DNA of 64,000 nucleotides from Candidatus Gastranaerophilales bacterium (lineage in GTDB: Bacteria; Cyanobacteriota; Vampirovibrionia; Gastranaerophilales; Gastranaerophilaceae): assembly GCA_944323735.1 (NCBI GenBank), contig CALUTO010000006.1:8000-71999 (forward strand), given 5' to 3'. Of this stretch, positions 32,752 through 40,475 are shown piece by piece. A program made the position numbers and the translations under genes. Positions within the stretch are counted from its first letter, which is position 1, and every line of letters starts with the position of its first letter. The notes beneath the pieces were generated by a model, which was given only the letters and a program-made list of their open reading frames with translations, had not been told where the DNA came from and ran no database searches.

Positions 32752-33219
32752 ATGAAAAATTGTGTAAAGTACTGCGTTTTAGGTCTGTCTGCTTTTGTTA
32801 TAGGTATGTCAGTAAATAATTTTGCTGTTTCTGATGTACCGTCAAACTATAAAGTAGCTGTTGTTGATGTGCAGAAGGTTGTGGCTGCATCTTCCCAGGT
32901 AAAAGCACTGAAAACAGAACAGCAGAAAAAATTTCAGGATTTAAATACATTTGTTAAAAATGCAAATGCTGCAGTAAATAAAGAAAAAGATGCAGCTAAG
33001 AAAAAAGCTCTGCAGGATAAGTACAACAAAGAATACAATACAAAAAGAGCTGCAATTCAAAAAGATTATGCTGCAAAACTCTCATCAATTGATAAAAATA
33101 TCTCATCAGTTATTGCTGCTAAAGCAAAACAGGATAACTACAATCTGGTACTGGCAAAGGGCGTTGTTCTTTCAGGCGGTACAGATATAACAGCTGAAGT
33201 TACGAAATTAATCAAGTAA
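32752..33219 (+). CDS. skp: OmpH/Skp-family periplasmic chaperone
   Basis: 155 aa. Signal peptide, then KVAVVDVQKVVAASSQVKALKTEQQKKFQDL and a long Lys/Ala/Gln coiled region. Confidence 0.75.
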   Translation: MKNCVKYCVLGLSAFVIGMSVNNFAVSDVPSNYKVAVVDVQKVVAASSQVKALKTEQQKKFQDLNTFVKNANAAVNKEKDAAKKKALQDKYNKEYNTKRAAIQKDYAAKLSSIDKNISSVIAAKAKQDNYNLVLAKGVVLSGGTDITAEVTKLIK

Positions 33220-33232
33220 AAAATATTCTTAT

Positions 33233-33270
33233 AAAAAGCCCTGACTAACAATCAGGGCTTTTTTATTTTT
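33233..33270. terminator. bidirectional terminator (skp / unknown operon)
   Basis: AAAAAGCCCTGA-ctaacaa-TCAGGGCTTTTTTATTTTTT. Confidence 0.85.
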
Positions 33271-33838
33271 TATACAGGTCATTAGCTGCATTGTTTCTTA
33301 AAAGTTCAAGCAGTGCGCCTCCGATTTCCTGATTCGGGTCAAACGATATATTAGGCGGGTGAAAAGTGTTTTTGATGAGCATACTCATTAGCGGGCCGAA
33401 TGCATCAGGAACTTTGATTTTTCTGTAAATTCCGGCCAGCAATACCTGTATCGTCGGAGATGTTGTTCTGTCAAAACGGCATATGACCGGATAAAACTTA
33501 TCAATACCTTTTACTCCTGCATCAATCATTCTGTCCAGTATATACAATCCTTCTGCTACCTGTTTTTCCTCCTGTACAACAGACAGATAGTTCCACAGGT
33601 AAGGCAGTGCATCTTCTTTGTAATCCGCAATCTGCTTTACCAGATTCTGGTTAAAGAGAGTATAATTTCTGCTTCCATCCGGAAGTTGGACGGCTGTGCC
33701 TATTTGAGGTATAAGAGTGCCGAGCGGTGCCTTACACGGGTAAGGCAGGCTGCTTTTAAATGAAATTTTATTGAATTTATTTATTTTATTGATTTTCATA
33801 ATCTTAAATTCATTCCCTGTATTAAATCTGAAGAGCAA
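33263..33838 (-). CDS. hypothetical helical-repeat (HEAT/ARM-like) protein, third gene of unknown operon
   Basis: 191-aa ORF (TTG start; alternative ATG ~33799). All-helical wording, e.g. ALPYLWNYLSVVQEEKQVAEGLYILDRMIDAG. No family recognised. Confidence 0.6.
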   Translation of the reverse strand: MLFRFNTGNEFKIMKINKINKFNKISFKSSLPYPCKAPLGTLIPQIGTAVQLPDGSRNYTLFNQNLVKQIADYKEDALPYLWNYLSVVQEEKQVAEGLYILDRMIDAGVKGIDKFYPVICRFDRTTSPTIQVLLAGIYRKIKVPDAFGPLMSMLIKNTFHPPNISFDPNQEIGGALLELLRNNAANDLYKK

Positions 33839-33856
33839 TTTGACAAAGAATATCCC

Positions 33857-35416
33857 CTATGAATAAACAAACGGCGGGCCGTTTTTGATTTCGCACAAAA
33901 TATTTTCAGCACGTGTCTTGAGCTCCTGCTTGTCTTTTCCGGAGCGTGCCTGTTTTCTGAATTCATCCATGAGCGGTTCTATGACACTGCTTTTCTTTGC
34001 ACTGAAATTGTTCAACTCCACATTGACAAGTCTGTCCTGCAGATTATATTCGGTTTTTGCATTTTCTTTCATAACCTGTACTGTTTTCTGGGCATCAACA
34101 ACCGATGTTCCTATATAGCTCAGAGCCGTAACGGTCGACATGCCTGCAAATACCAGCTTCAAAATGGGATTTTCCCAGTTTACAATCATATTATAAAGAT
34201 GTGCTCTGTCACCCTCTGTGTATGAGTAGAGCATCGGCTTTGAGCTGGGTTTTCCGGCTATAGCCTCCGCACCGTGTACAGTAACACGTTCAACTTCTTT
34301 TTTTACATATTCATAAAAATCCTTCGGGTATTTTCCTATTTTTTCCGCTTCTTTTTCCAGTGCCTCTCCGGTCAGATTTTCACCAAGTCCGAGTACATGT
34401 TTTATCTCTCTGTCTGTGGCATTAAGGGAAACGAAAATATTGTTTAGTGTATTGAGCTCTTCCTGTGTCATTTTTCCTTGATTGTTCTGAATGAGCTTTT
34501 TCCAGTAATTAAGCATTTGTGAACGGTAGCCGTTTATATTCTGTGCTGTACTTCTAAGAGATTTGAGAGCGAATGCCCCGAGTGCGCTAATAGAAAGTAC
34601 CGTGCCAAGTATCATCGCTGACGCAATAAAAAGGCTGCTTTTTTCCTGCTTTTTATCTTCTTTGTGTCCGAAAGACAAAAACTGCTTAAATGTTGCATTT
34701 TCCTGACCTTTTGTATTTGTATGCAAAATAAAATCCAGTTCTTTTGCTTTGTCAGAAAGCATATTCCTCATAATCTGCATTTTTCCTGAGAAGCTTCTTG
34801 TTTCAACCGCAATCAGTTTTTCCTGTAAGTCCCGCTGGATATCTGCCTGTTTTTTTCTTATCCAGATTTCTTTAACGCCGTCTATAAAATTTTTGCTTAC
34901 CAGTCCGATTGCACTTAAAACAAAAACTCCGAGTGCTCCGAGTATATTCCTCATATTGGGATCTCTAATCATTAGAAGCGTTGCAAAATGCGGTTCATCA
35001 TTTATAGAAATGTTTTTAGGAATTTCCTGAAGAGTTTTCCATGAAGGCAGAATTTTTTTATATTTTGCAGCATGGGAAAGCAACCCCGTTGTGCCAGCAA
35101 TCAATCCGAAAAGACCGATTGTGCCGCCAAGAAGCGGCATAAGTGTCTGATGAATAGGCTTTTCCTGATTATTTGCTTTCTTTTTCTCTGAAATTTTTTC
35201 AAAATTGTCAGGTTTTGTAGTTTTGTCAGGAATAATCAAATTGTCATATATTTCATCAAGATTTATTGTCTCTGATGCATTTTCTCTGTCTTTTATTAAA
35301 TTATTGACAACCAGCCCTTCTTTTAGCTCTGAGATGTTACGTCTCTGGGTATCAGTAAGGTTTCTGTATTGCTTTCTTGTTTCTAAATCCTGATATGGCT
35401 TAATATAGATGCTCAT
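33857..35416 (-). CDS. hypothetical integral membrane protein with internal duplication, second gene of unknown operon
   Basis: 519 aa. Four hydrophobic helices (LLGGTIGLFGLIAGTTGLL, ILGALGVFVLSAIGLV, LFIASAMILGTVLSISALGAFAL, LKLVFAGMSTVTALSYIGTSVV). The second and fourth are followed by related segments: FIDGVKEIWIRKKQADIQRDLQEKLIAVETRSFSGK and VVDAQKTVQVMKENAKTEYNLQDRLVNVELNNFSAK. Confidence 0.75.
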   Translation of the reverse strand: MSIYIKPYQDLETRKQYRNLTDTQRRNISELKEGLVVNNLIKDRENASETINLDEIYDNLIIPDKTTKPDNFEKISEKKKANNQEKPIHQTLMPLLGGTIGLFGLIAGTTGLLSHAAKYKKILPSWKTLQEIPKNISINDEPHFATLLMIRDPNMRNILGALGVFVLSAIGLVSKNFIDGVKEIWIRKKQADIQRDLQEKLIAVETRSFSGKMQIMRNMLSDKAKELDFILHTNTKGQENATFKQFLSFGHKEDKKQEKSSLFIASAMILGTVLSISALGAFALKSLRSTAQNINGYRSQMLNYWKKLIQNNQGKMTQEELNTLNNIFVSLNATDREIKHVLGLGENLTGEALEKEAEKIGKYPKDFYEYVKKEVERVTVHGAEAIAGKPSSKPMLYSYTEGDRAHLYNMIVNWENPILKLVFAGMSTVTALSYIGTSVVDAQKTVQVMKENAKTEYNLQDRLVNVELNNFSAKKSSVIEPLMDEFRKQARSGKDKQELKTRAENILCEIKNGPPFVYS

Positions 35417-36105
35417 TTTTCACCGTCTTTTTGTTCGTTTTCCTGACTTTCGTCCCTGTGTCTTTCGGGGTTAAACAGGATTTCTTTCAGATTCTTTAAA
35501 TCAAACAGTCTTTTTTCTTCTTCAACCCGTTTTTCTTCCTCTTCGTTGTCTGCTTCGGCTATTCCGAAAAGGTTAAACAGCTTCTTTTTCAATTCTCTTA
35601 ACTTATCGGAAATTTTCTTTTCCACTGCTGCTTTCAGTTCTCCAAAAACTGCCGTCAGTTTGTCAGTAATTTCAGCTATTTTTTCTTTTACAGAGTTTAG
35701 CATGTTTGATAATGATGTGTGCAAACCGCTAAATACTGTTTGTACAAAGCGAATTGCCGGCATGATTATGTTGTTTGTTACTGATATCAGTGTATTTGAT
35801 ACCGGAGCAGGCAGAAATTTTATCATCAAATCCCGCATTTGCTCGGCGAACTGTGCAGCTGCCTTCATCATCGTTTTTTGTGCCTGCAAAAGAGCTTCTG
35901 TCTGTGCTTCTTCTTTTGCGAGTTTTTGGGCTTTCATCATTTGTCCGATGGCATAGCACTGACTCCAGGTGAGTTCTCCGGGTTTGTGCTCCGTAACTCT
36001 TGACGCTCCGCCGCCGCCTGCTCCGCTGCAGACAGGACAGGCACCCGGCGGTAATCCGTGCGGGCAGGTTCCGGTTCTAACACTCCCTGAAATCTGTGTA
36101 GACAT
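35413..36105 (-). CDS. hypothetical zinc-knuckle plus amphipathic-helix protein, first gene of unknown operon
   Basis: 230 aa. N-terminus TGTCPHGLPPGACPVCSGAGGGG (C-x-H...C-x-x-C-x-G-x-G), then Ala/Lys/Gln-rich helices and an acidic tail. ATGA overlap with the next gene. Confidence 0.75.
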   Translation of the reverse strand: MSTQISGSVRTGTCPHGLPPGACPVCSGAGGGGASRVTEHKPGELTWSQCYAIGQMMKAQKLAKEEAQTEALLQAQKTMMKAAAQFAEQMRDLMIKFLPAPVSNTLISVTNNIIMPAIRFVQTVFSGLHTSLSNMLNSVKEKIAEITDKLTAVFGELKAAVEKKISDKLRELKKKLFNLFGIAEADNEEEEKRVEEEKRLFDLKNLKEILFNPERHRDESQENEQKDGEK

Positions 36106-36341
36106 TAAAAAATCCCTGTTTATCTGTAAACCCGGGATACTTAAAGCTCATTATGCGCCTTGACCTAAGCTCGAAGTACCGGCATATTTAGGGGAAAACA
36201 AGTAATCATACTGTGTTTTCTATGCGGTAAAAGTTTTTTGTTATTTTCTTTATTCCAAACAAATTTACCGTTTCCCTCAGAGTATTCCGGCTGTTACGGC
36301 TGCGGCTCAGTCGGGGATTTCCGCCCCAGTTTCCTCTGTTT
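36106..36341 (-). promoter_or_regulatory. structured 5' leader, riboswitch-like (partial resemblance to cobalamin riboswitch core) with terminator/SD-sequestering hairpin
   Basis: Minus-strand GC-rich island AACAGAGGAAACUGGGGCGGAAAUCCCCGACUGAGCCGCAGCCGUAACAGCCGGAAUACUCUGAGGGAAACGG. 3' hairpin AUCCCGGGUUUA-caga-UAAACAGGGAU plus UUUUU abuts the AUG (36112-36138). No clear B12 box, so ligand class is uncertain. The confidence given is for the cobalamin class; I rate a cis-regulatory leader of some kind at ~0.6. Confidence 0.4.
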
Positions 36342-36346
36342 CGTAC

Positions 36347-36375
36347 ATTCTAAAATACAGGTGTTGCATTGTCAA
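36347..36375 (-). promoter_or_regulatory. sigma-70 promoter of the unknown operon
   Basis: Minus strand TTGACA - 17 nt - TAGAAT; consensus -35 and near-consensus -10. Confidence 0.65.
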
Positions 36376-36442
36376 TTATTTGTGAATTTATGTCAATTTT
36401 TTTCATAAAAATGTTTTTATATAACTAAGAGAGGATAAAATT

Positions 36443-37066
36443 ATGCAAAATTATAATATTAACTATTATAATTCAATTGATAATATTTCTGAAAATTCAC
36501 AGCATATCATGGAGGAAATTATTTTGACACCATGGAATGCACTAAACGATGCTCAGCAAAATTATGTTGTAAACCAGTTGAAAAAGTGCGGAATGTATTC
36601 AGTGTATGAGAATGTCAGGATTTCTAAAACAACAGATGCATTAAAAAGTATGGACAGTGCTCTTTATTATATATTCAGGGAAAATGATAAATTTGTGAAA
36701 ATTGCAATGGGGCAGCCGGAGGGCTTTTTCTTCAGTGATGAAAAAACCGCTGAGAAAATTCTTCAGCGTATCTTTGAACACCCGCAGTTTGATAAATCAC
36801 TCTGGACAAGCAGAAAATACAGAAAAGCTTCTCAGATTTTGAATGATATTACGAGAATGCCTGACTGCAGCATAAAATATTATCAGGAAAATAAAGAATC
36901 TTTTGAAAAGAGAAAAAGACAGTCGCTTCTGGCAAGAGAAACCGCACTTTCTTTAAATTTAAAGCGCAAGCTTAAACTCTATTTTACAAATCCGAATATT
37001 GTTAATACAAGGGATTATGAAATATTTGAAAGCAGGAAATATCCCAGTTCTTTTATAATTACTTAA
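36443..37066 (+). CDS. hypothetical protein
   Basis: 207-aa ORF, GAGAGGA SD upstream, own terminator downstream. No motif recognised. Confidence 0.65.
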   Translation: MQNYNINYYNSIDNISENSQHIMEEIILTPWNALNDAQQNYVVNQLKKCGMYSVYENVRISKTTDALKSMDSALYYIFRENDKFVKIAMGQPEGFFFSDEKTAEKILQRIFEHPQFDKSLWTSRKYRKASQILNDITRMPDCSIKYYQENKESFEKRKRQSLLARETALSLNLKRKLKLYFTNPNIVNTRDYEIFESRKYPSSFIIT

Positions 37067-37098
37067 AAAAGTTAGTTATAATAAAATGATTTTAATTT

Positions 37099-37127
37099 GG
37101 AGAACGCAAATTCGTTCTCTTTTTTTT
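37099..37127 (+). terminator. intrinsic terminator
   Basis: GGAGAACG-caaatt-CGTTCTC followed by TTTTTTTT. Confidence 0.85.
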
Positions 37128-37244
37128 GAAAATTTTTTAGTCCTGTCAAATAGCCGTGGTGTTTAATTGTTTAAAGTATGGAGTTAAGGTTTAATATAAT
37201 CAAATCTTTTTCATACTTCCAACTATTCTTAATTCCAGACAACA

Positions 37245-37272
37245 GGGCTTGATTATCAGGCCCATTTTTTTT
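37245..37272 (+). terminator. orphan intrinsic terminator (no annotated gene upstream)
   Basis: GGGCTTGA-tta-TCAGGCCC (8 bp including one G-U) followed by ATTTTTTTTT. It lies ~120 nt after the previous terminator. Confidence 0.6.
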
Positions 37273-37420
37273 AATAAAATAAATTTATGACCGTAAGTTT
37301 ATATTTGATTTAGCCTGTTTGTCTAATGAACTATTTTTTAAAAGTGCGACAATGATTATGAAGTTTGCACTTTAGAACTTTATAAATGTACTTGAAAATA
37401 AGTTTACTAAGGAGAAAAGT

Positions 37421-37702
37421 ATGAAAAAAGTAATTGCATTATCAGCACTTATTATGTCATTAGCAGGCACTGTTGCTTTTGCTGCGTGTCCCTGTCAGAT
37501 ACAGCAAAAATCTTATATAGCCCCTGTGTCTAAAATTACTTATGTTGCACCGGCAAATCCATGCTGTTGCAAAGTTGAACCAAAACCCTGCTGTACGGGT
37601 GCTGCTGCTCCAATAACACAGAAAAAATCTATGTGGGACAGGACAAAAAATATTTATAACTCTACTGTAGGAACCTTCTTTACATCTATGCTCGGATACT
37701 AA
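37421..37702 (+). CDS. small secreted Cys-rich protein
   Basis: 93 aa. Signal peptide MKKVIALSALIMSLAGTVAFA. The mature part has CPC, CCC and CC clusters. AAGGAGAAAAG SD and its own terminator. Confidence 0.7.
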   Translation: MKKVIALSALIMSLAGTVAFAACPCQIQQKSYIAPVSKITYVAPANPCCCKVEPKPCCTGAAAPITQKKSMWDRTKNIYNSTVGTFFTSMLGY

Positions 37703-37708
37703 ACACGG

Positions 37709-37739
37709 CAGCCCGCTTTTATATGCGGGCTGTTTTTTC
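37709..37739 (+). terminator. intrinsic terminator
   Basis: CAGCCCGC-ttttatat-GCGGGCTG followed by TTTTTT. Confidence 0.85.
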
Positions 37740-38588
37740 TTAAGTTTTTAAATGGTATTTCTTAAAAAGTTCAAGTGTGTTCTTCATTAAACAGCATATT
37801 GTCATTGGTCCGACGCCGCCCGGCACGGGTGTAATGTATGATGCTTTGTCTTTTACTCTTTCAAAATCAATATCACCTTTTATTTTTCCGTCTGTATCCC
37901 TTGTTATTCCTACATCTATGACTACCGCACCCTCTTTAACCATTTCTTTTTTGACAAATTCAGGTTTACCTGCCGCAGAAATAAGTATATCTGCATTTTT
38001 TGTAAAATCAGCGAGATTTTCGGTTTTGCTGTGGCATACGGTCACTGTCGCACTATTATTCAGCAGTAGCCAGGAAAGAGGTCTGCCGACAATATTTGAC
38101 CTCCCTATTATGACAGCATGTTTCCCTTCTGCTGATATACCGTATTCTTTGAGAAGAAGCATTATTCCTGCAGGCGTGCACGGAAAAAGAGTTGTTTCCA
38201 TATTTAGTGCTATTTTTGCCGTGTTATACGGATGAAAGCAGTCCACATCTTTGTCCGGTCTGATTGACTCAATAATTTTTGAGCTGTCAATGTGTGCAGG
38301 CAGAGGAAGCTGTACGAGAATTGCATGAACATTCTCATCTCTGTTGAGCTTTTCTACTTCTTCAATCAAACTGTTTTGTGAAATATCTTCGGGCAGCTCT
38401 TTTACGATTGACTCAAATCCCAGATATCCGGCAGTTTTTTGTTTGTTGTTTACATAAATTTTGCTGGCTGCATCATTTCCTGCAATTATGACGGCAAGAC
38501 ACGGTTTATTTTGTAAATTTTCTGTCTCAAGTTTAATTTCTTCAAGTATTTTTTTTGATACGGCTTTGCCGTCTATTATTATTGACAT
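37740..38588 (-). CDS. folD: bifunctional methylenetetrahydrofolate dehydrogenase/methenyl-THF cyclohydrolase
   Basis: 282 aa. YVNNKQKTAGYLG, VQLPLP, GRSNIVGRPL, PVPGGVGPMT. Confidence 0.95.
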   Translation of the reverse strand: MSIIIDGKAVSKKILEEIKLETENLQNKPCLAVIIAGNDAASKIYVNNKQKTAGYLGFESIVKELPEDISQNSLIEEVEKLNRDENVHAILVQLPLPAHIDSSKIIESIRPDKDVDCFHPYNTAKIALNMETTLFPCTPAGIMLLLKEYGISAEGKHAVIIGRSNIVGRPLSWLLLNNSATVTVCHSKTENLADFTKNADILISAAGKPEFVKKEMVKEGAVVIDVGITRDTDGKIKGDIDFERVKDKASYITPVPGGVGPMTICCLMKNTLELFKKYHLKT

Positions 38589-38589
38589 A

Positions 38590-39348
38590 TTACCCCTTGT
38601 TTCTTAAGTCAGGCAGATTTAATCTGAAATAGAATTGTTTAAGTGCTTCTGATACAGTAGCTGAATTTCTGGAGAGTGATTTGCCGGCAAGATTTTCGTC
38701 TTCAGGTATTATTGCCAGCATGTCCAGACTATATTTTGTAAGAAGCTCATGAATTTTGGGCATATCATCGGGTTTTACCCTGTTTATTACCAGTCCCATC
38801 TGTCCGCCTGCAGCATATTTTGCGGAAAATTCTTCAATGCGTTTAGCCAGCAGAAGTGATTCTTCTGTCGGAAGCGCGAGCACCAGTGTAACATCTATAT
38901 CTGTGTCCACAACCTGATTCAGATATTTCAAATCAAATTCACAGTCAAATATAACAATGTCATACGCAGAAATCAGTTTTGTGACTGCGTCTCTCATAAG
39001 AGAGGTCATTGGACATCGGCAGTCCTTTGACGGCACAAGCCATGAAACAATCAAATCAACATTGTCCTCAACAGGAACAATTATATCCTCAAGTGCCCAT
39101 TCAATATACTCCTGTTTAGACATTTTCTCGGGTAATCCTGTTTTGAGTTCGTGCTTGCCGCTTCTTATGCCGTAAATTGTTTTTCTTATATCTTTTCCGT
39201 ATGTGTGTCCGAGTTCTCCGGAGAGGTCGTTGTCAAAAAGCAGAATACTTTTTTCAGGGTATATTTCCCTGAATAGTTTTGCAAAACCTTTTACTAAAGT
39301 AGTTTTTCCGCTTCCGCCTTTTCCTGTTAGCGCAAAAGTTATGGGCAT
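38590..39348 (-). CDS. CooC-like P-loop metallochaperone ATPase (MinD/ParA superfamily)
   Basis: 252 aa. GKGGSGKTT deviant Walker A. SKDCRCPMTSLMRD matches the C-x-C-P metal motif of CooC (R. rubrum GSGCVCPEHALVR, from memory). Confidence 0.65.
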   Translation of the reverse strand: MPITFALTGKGGSGKTTLVKGFAKLFREIYPEKSILLFDNDLSGELGHTYGKDIRKTIYGIRSGKHELKTGLPEKMSKQEYIEWALEDIIVPVEDNVDLIVSWLVPSKDCRCPMTSLMRDAVTKLISAYDIVIFDCEFDLKYLNQVVDTDIDVTLVLALPTEESLLLAKRIEEFSAKYAAGGQMGLVINRVKPDDMPKIHELLTKYSLDMLAIIPEDENLAGKSLSRNSATVSEALKQFYFRLNLPDLRNKG

Positions 39349-40421
39349 TTAGACCTCCGTTTTGTTAATTCTGCGGATAAATCACACACCAGCGTCATTG
39401 CCCTGTCCGCAAGTTCTACGGAAAGAGAGCCTGCGCCGCAGGAGGGTGTCAGGATACTTTGTTTTTCTATTAGTGATTCGGGTATTCCCTTTTCCGAAAG
39501 TGATTTTACTGCGTCATAATATATGTCAGCCAGCTCTTTTAAACTGATTTTTTTGAGTGCATCTGAATCTAATGTCGGAACCAGTCCCCAGGCGATATAA
39601 CCTCCGTTTTCCAAAAAAGTTTTTATTTTTCCGGCATAAGGTACAAGGCTTTTTGCAAAGAAAAACGCATCGAGATTTATAATATCAACTTTTGAGTCAA
39701 TAAGTACAGACCAGTCAGACTTTCCGCAGCAATGAATTCCGCTCATTGCTCCAAATTCCCTAACAGTTTTTGCTATTTCCGAAAAAGCTTCAGTTAAATC
39801 CTCTTTTGTAATGGTTACAAAGGCAGATGTTCCGTACTGCGACATTACCGGTTCATCGAAAAAGATAATAGGCGTTATTTCGGGGTTTATTTCTTTTATT
39901 TTATGTATTTGCCATATTGCTTTTAAGGTAACTGCTTTTACCAGAATTTCACGGCAAGTTTCGTCATAAAAAGAACATTGCAAATCTCCGTCGCAAATAC
40001 TGGTACCCCACGTGAAAGCACCTGTAACATGTCCTTTGGCAAATTTATAGTTTTTATTTTTCAGTTTTTCAAAAAACAGATTTATTGCATTGGAATATGG
40101 CGGAGTTATTGCATATTTTTCAAGTTTCGAGAAGTTTTTTTCGTTTACTATCTCTTCGTAGTCCATGAAAAACTCTTCCAGTTGAATAAAAAATTCATCT
40201 GAGGTTGTGTTGAAAATGTATTTGTCTTTCTGTTCATCATAATATATGCCGGGGATACCTTGAATGTACTGCACGGTCATATCTTCATGTCTGTCAACTG
40301 CTCCCAGCTGCGGCCAGAAAGGGATATCTGTAAATTTCTCAAATATCATATCCACTGCTGTTTTTGAATCGGTATAAGGCAGACTTCCTATTGCTGTCGG
40401 CTTTAATGATAAATTATCCAC
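39339..40421 (-). CDS. core MetE-like (cobalamin-independent methionine synthase C-terminal / UROD-fold) methyltransferase
   Basis: 360 aa, GTG start after GGAG. TAIGSLPY, FFDEPVMS, GIHCCG and TPSCGAG correspond to the substrate and zinc-ligand motifs of short MetE-type enzymes. Confidence 0.6.
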   Translation of the reverse strand: MDNLSLKPTAIGSLPYTDSKTAVDMIFEKFTDIPFWPQLGAVDRHEDMTVQYIQGIPGIYYDEQKDKYIFNTTSDEFFIQLEEFFMDYEEIVNEKNFSKLEKYAITPPYSNAINLFFEKLKNKNYKFAKGHVTGAFTWGTSICDGDLQCSFYDETCREILVKAVTLKAIWQIHKIKEINPEITPIIFFDEPVMSQYGTSAFVTITKEDLTEAFSEIAKTVREFGAMSGIHCCGKSDWSVLIDSKVDIINLDAFFFAKSLVPYAGKIKTFLENGGYIAWGLVPTLDSDALKKISLKELADIYYDAVKSLSEKGIPESLIEKQSILTPSCGAGSLSVELADRAMTLVCDLSAELTKRRSKCP

Positions 40422-40475
40422 TCAAAACTCCTGTATAATCTTTCATTTTATATTATATGTCATTATAAGGCAATA

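Noticed and set aside
36240-36345. The GC-rich island as SRP RNA, RNase P RNA or tmRNA
   Set aside because: GAGGAAAC and GUAACAG superficially recall RNase P P4 wording. However, the structured part is only ~75 nt, the flanks are AU-rich, the SRP domain IV motif (GGAAGCAGCC context) and the tmRNA ends are absent, and the position (promoter upstream, ORF downstream) fits a cis-acting leader.
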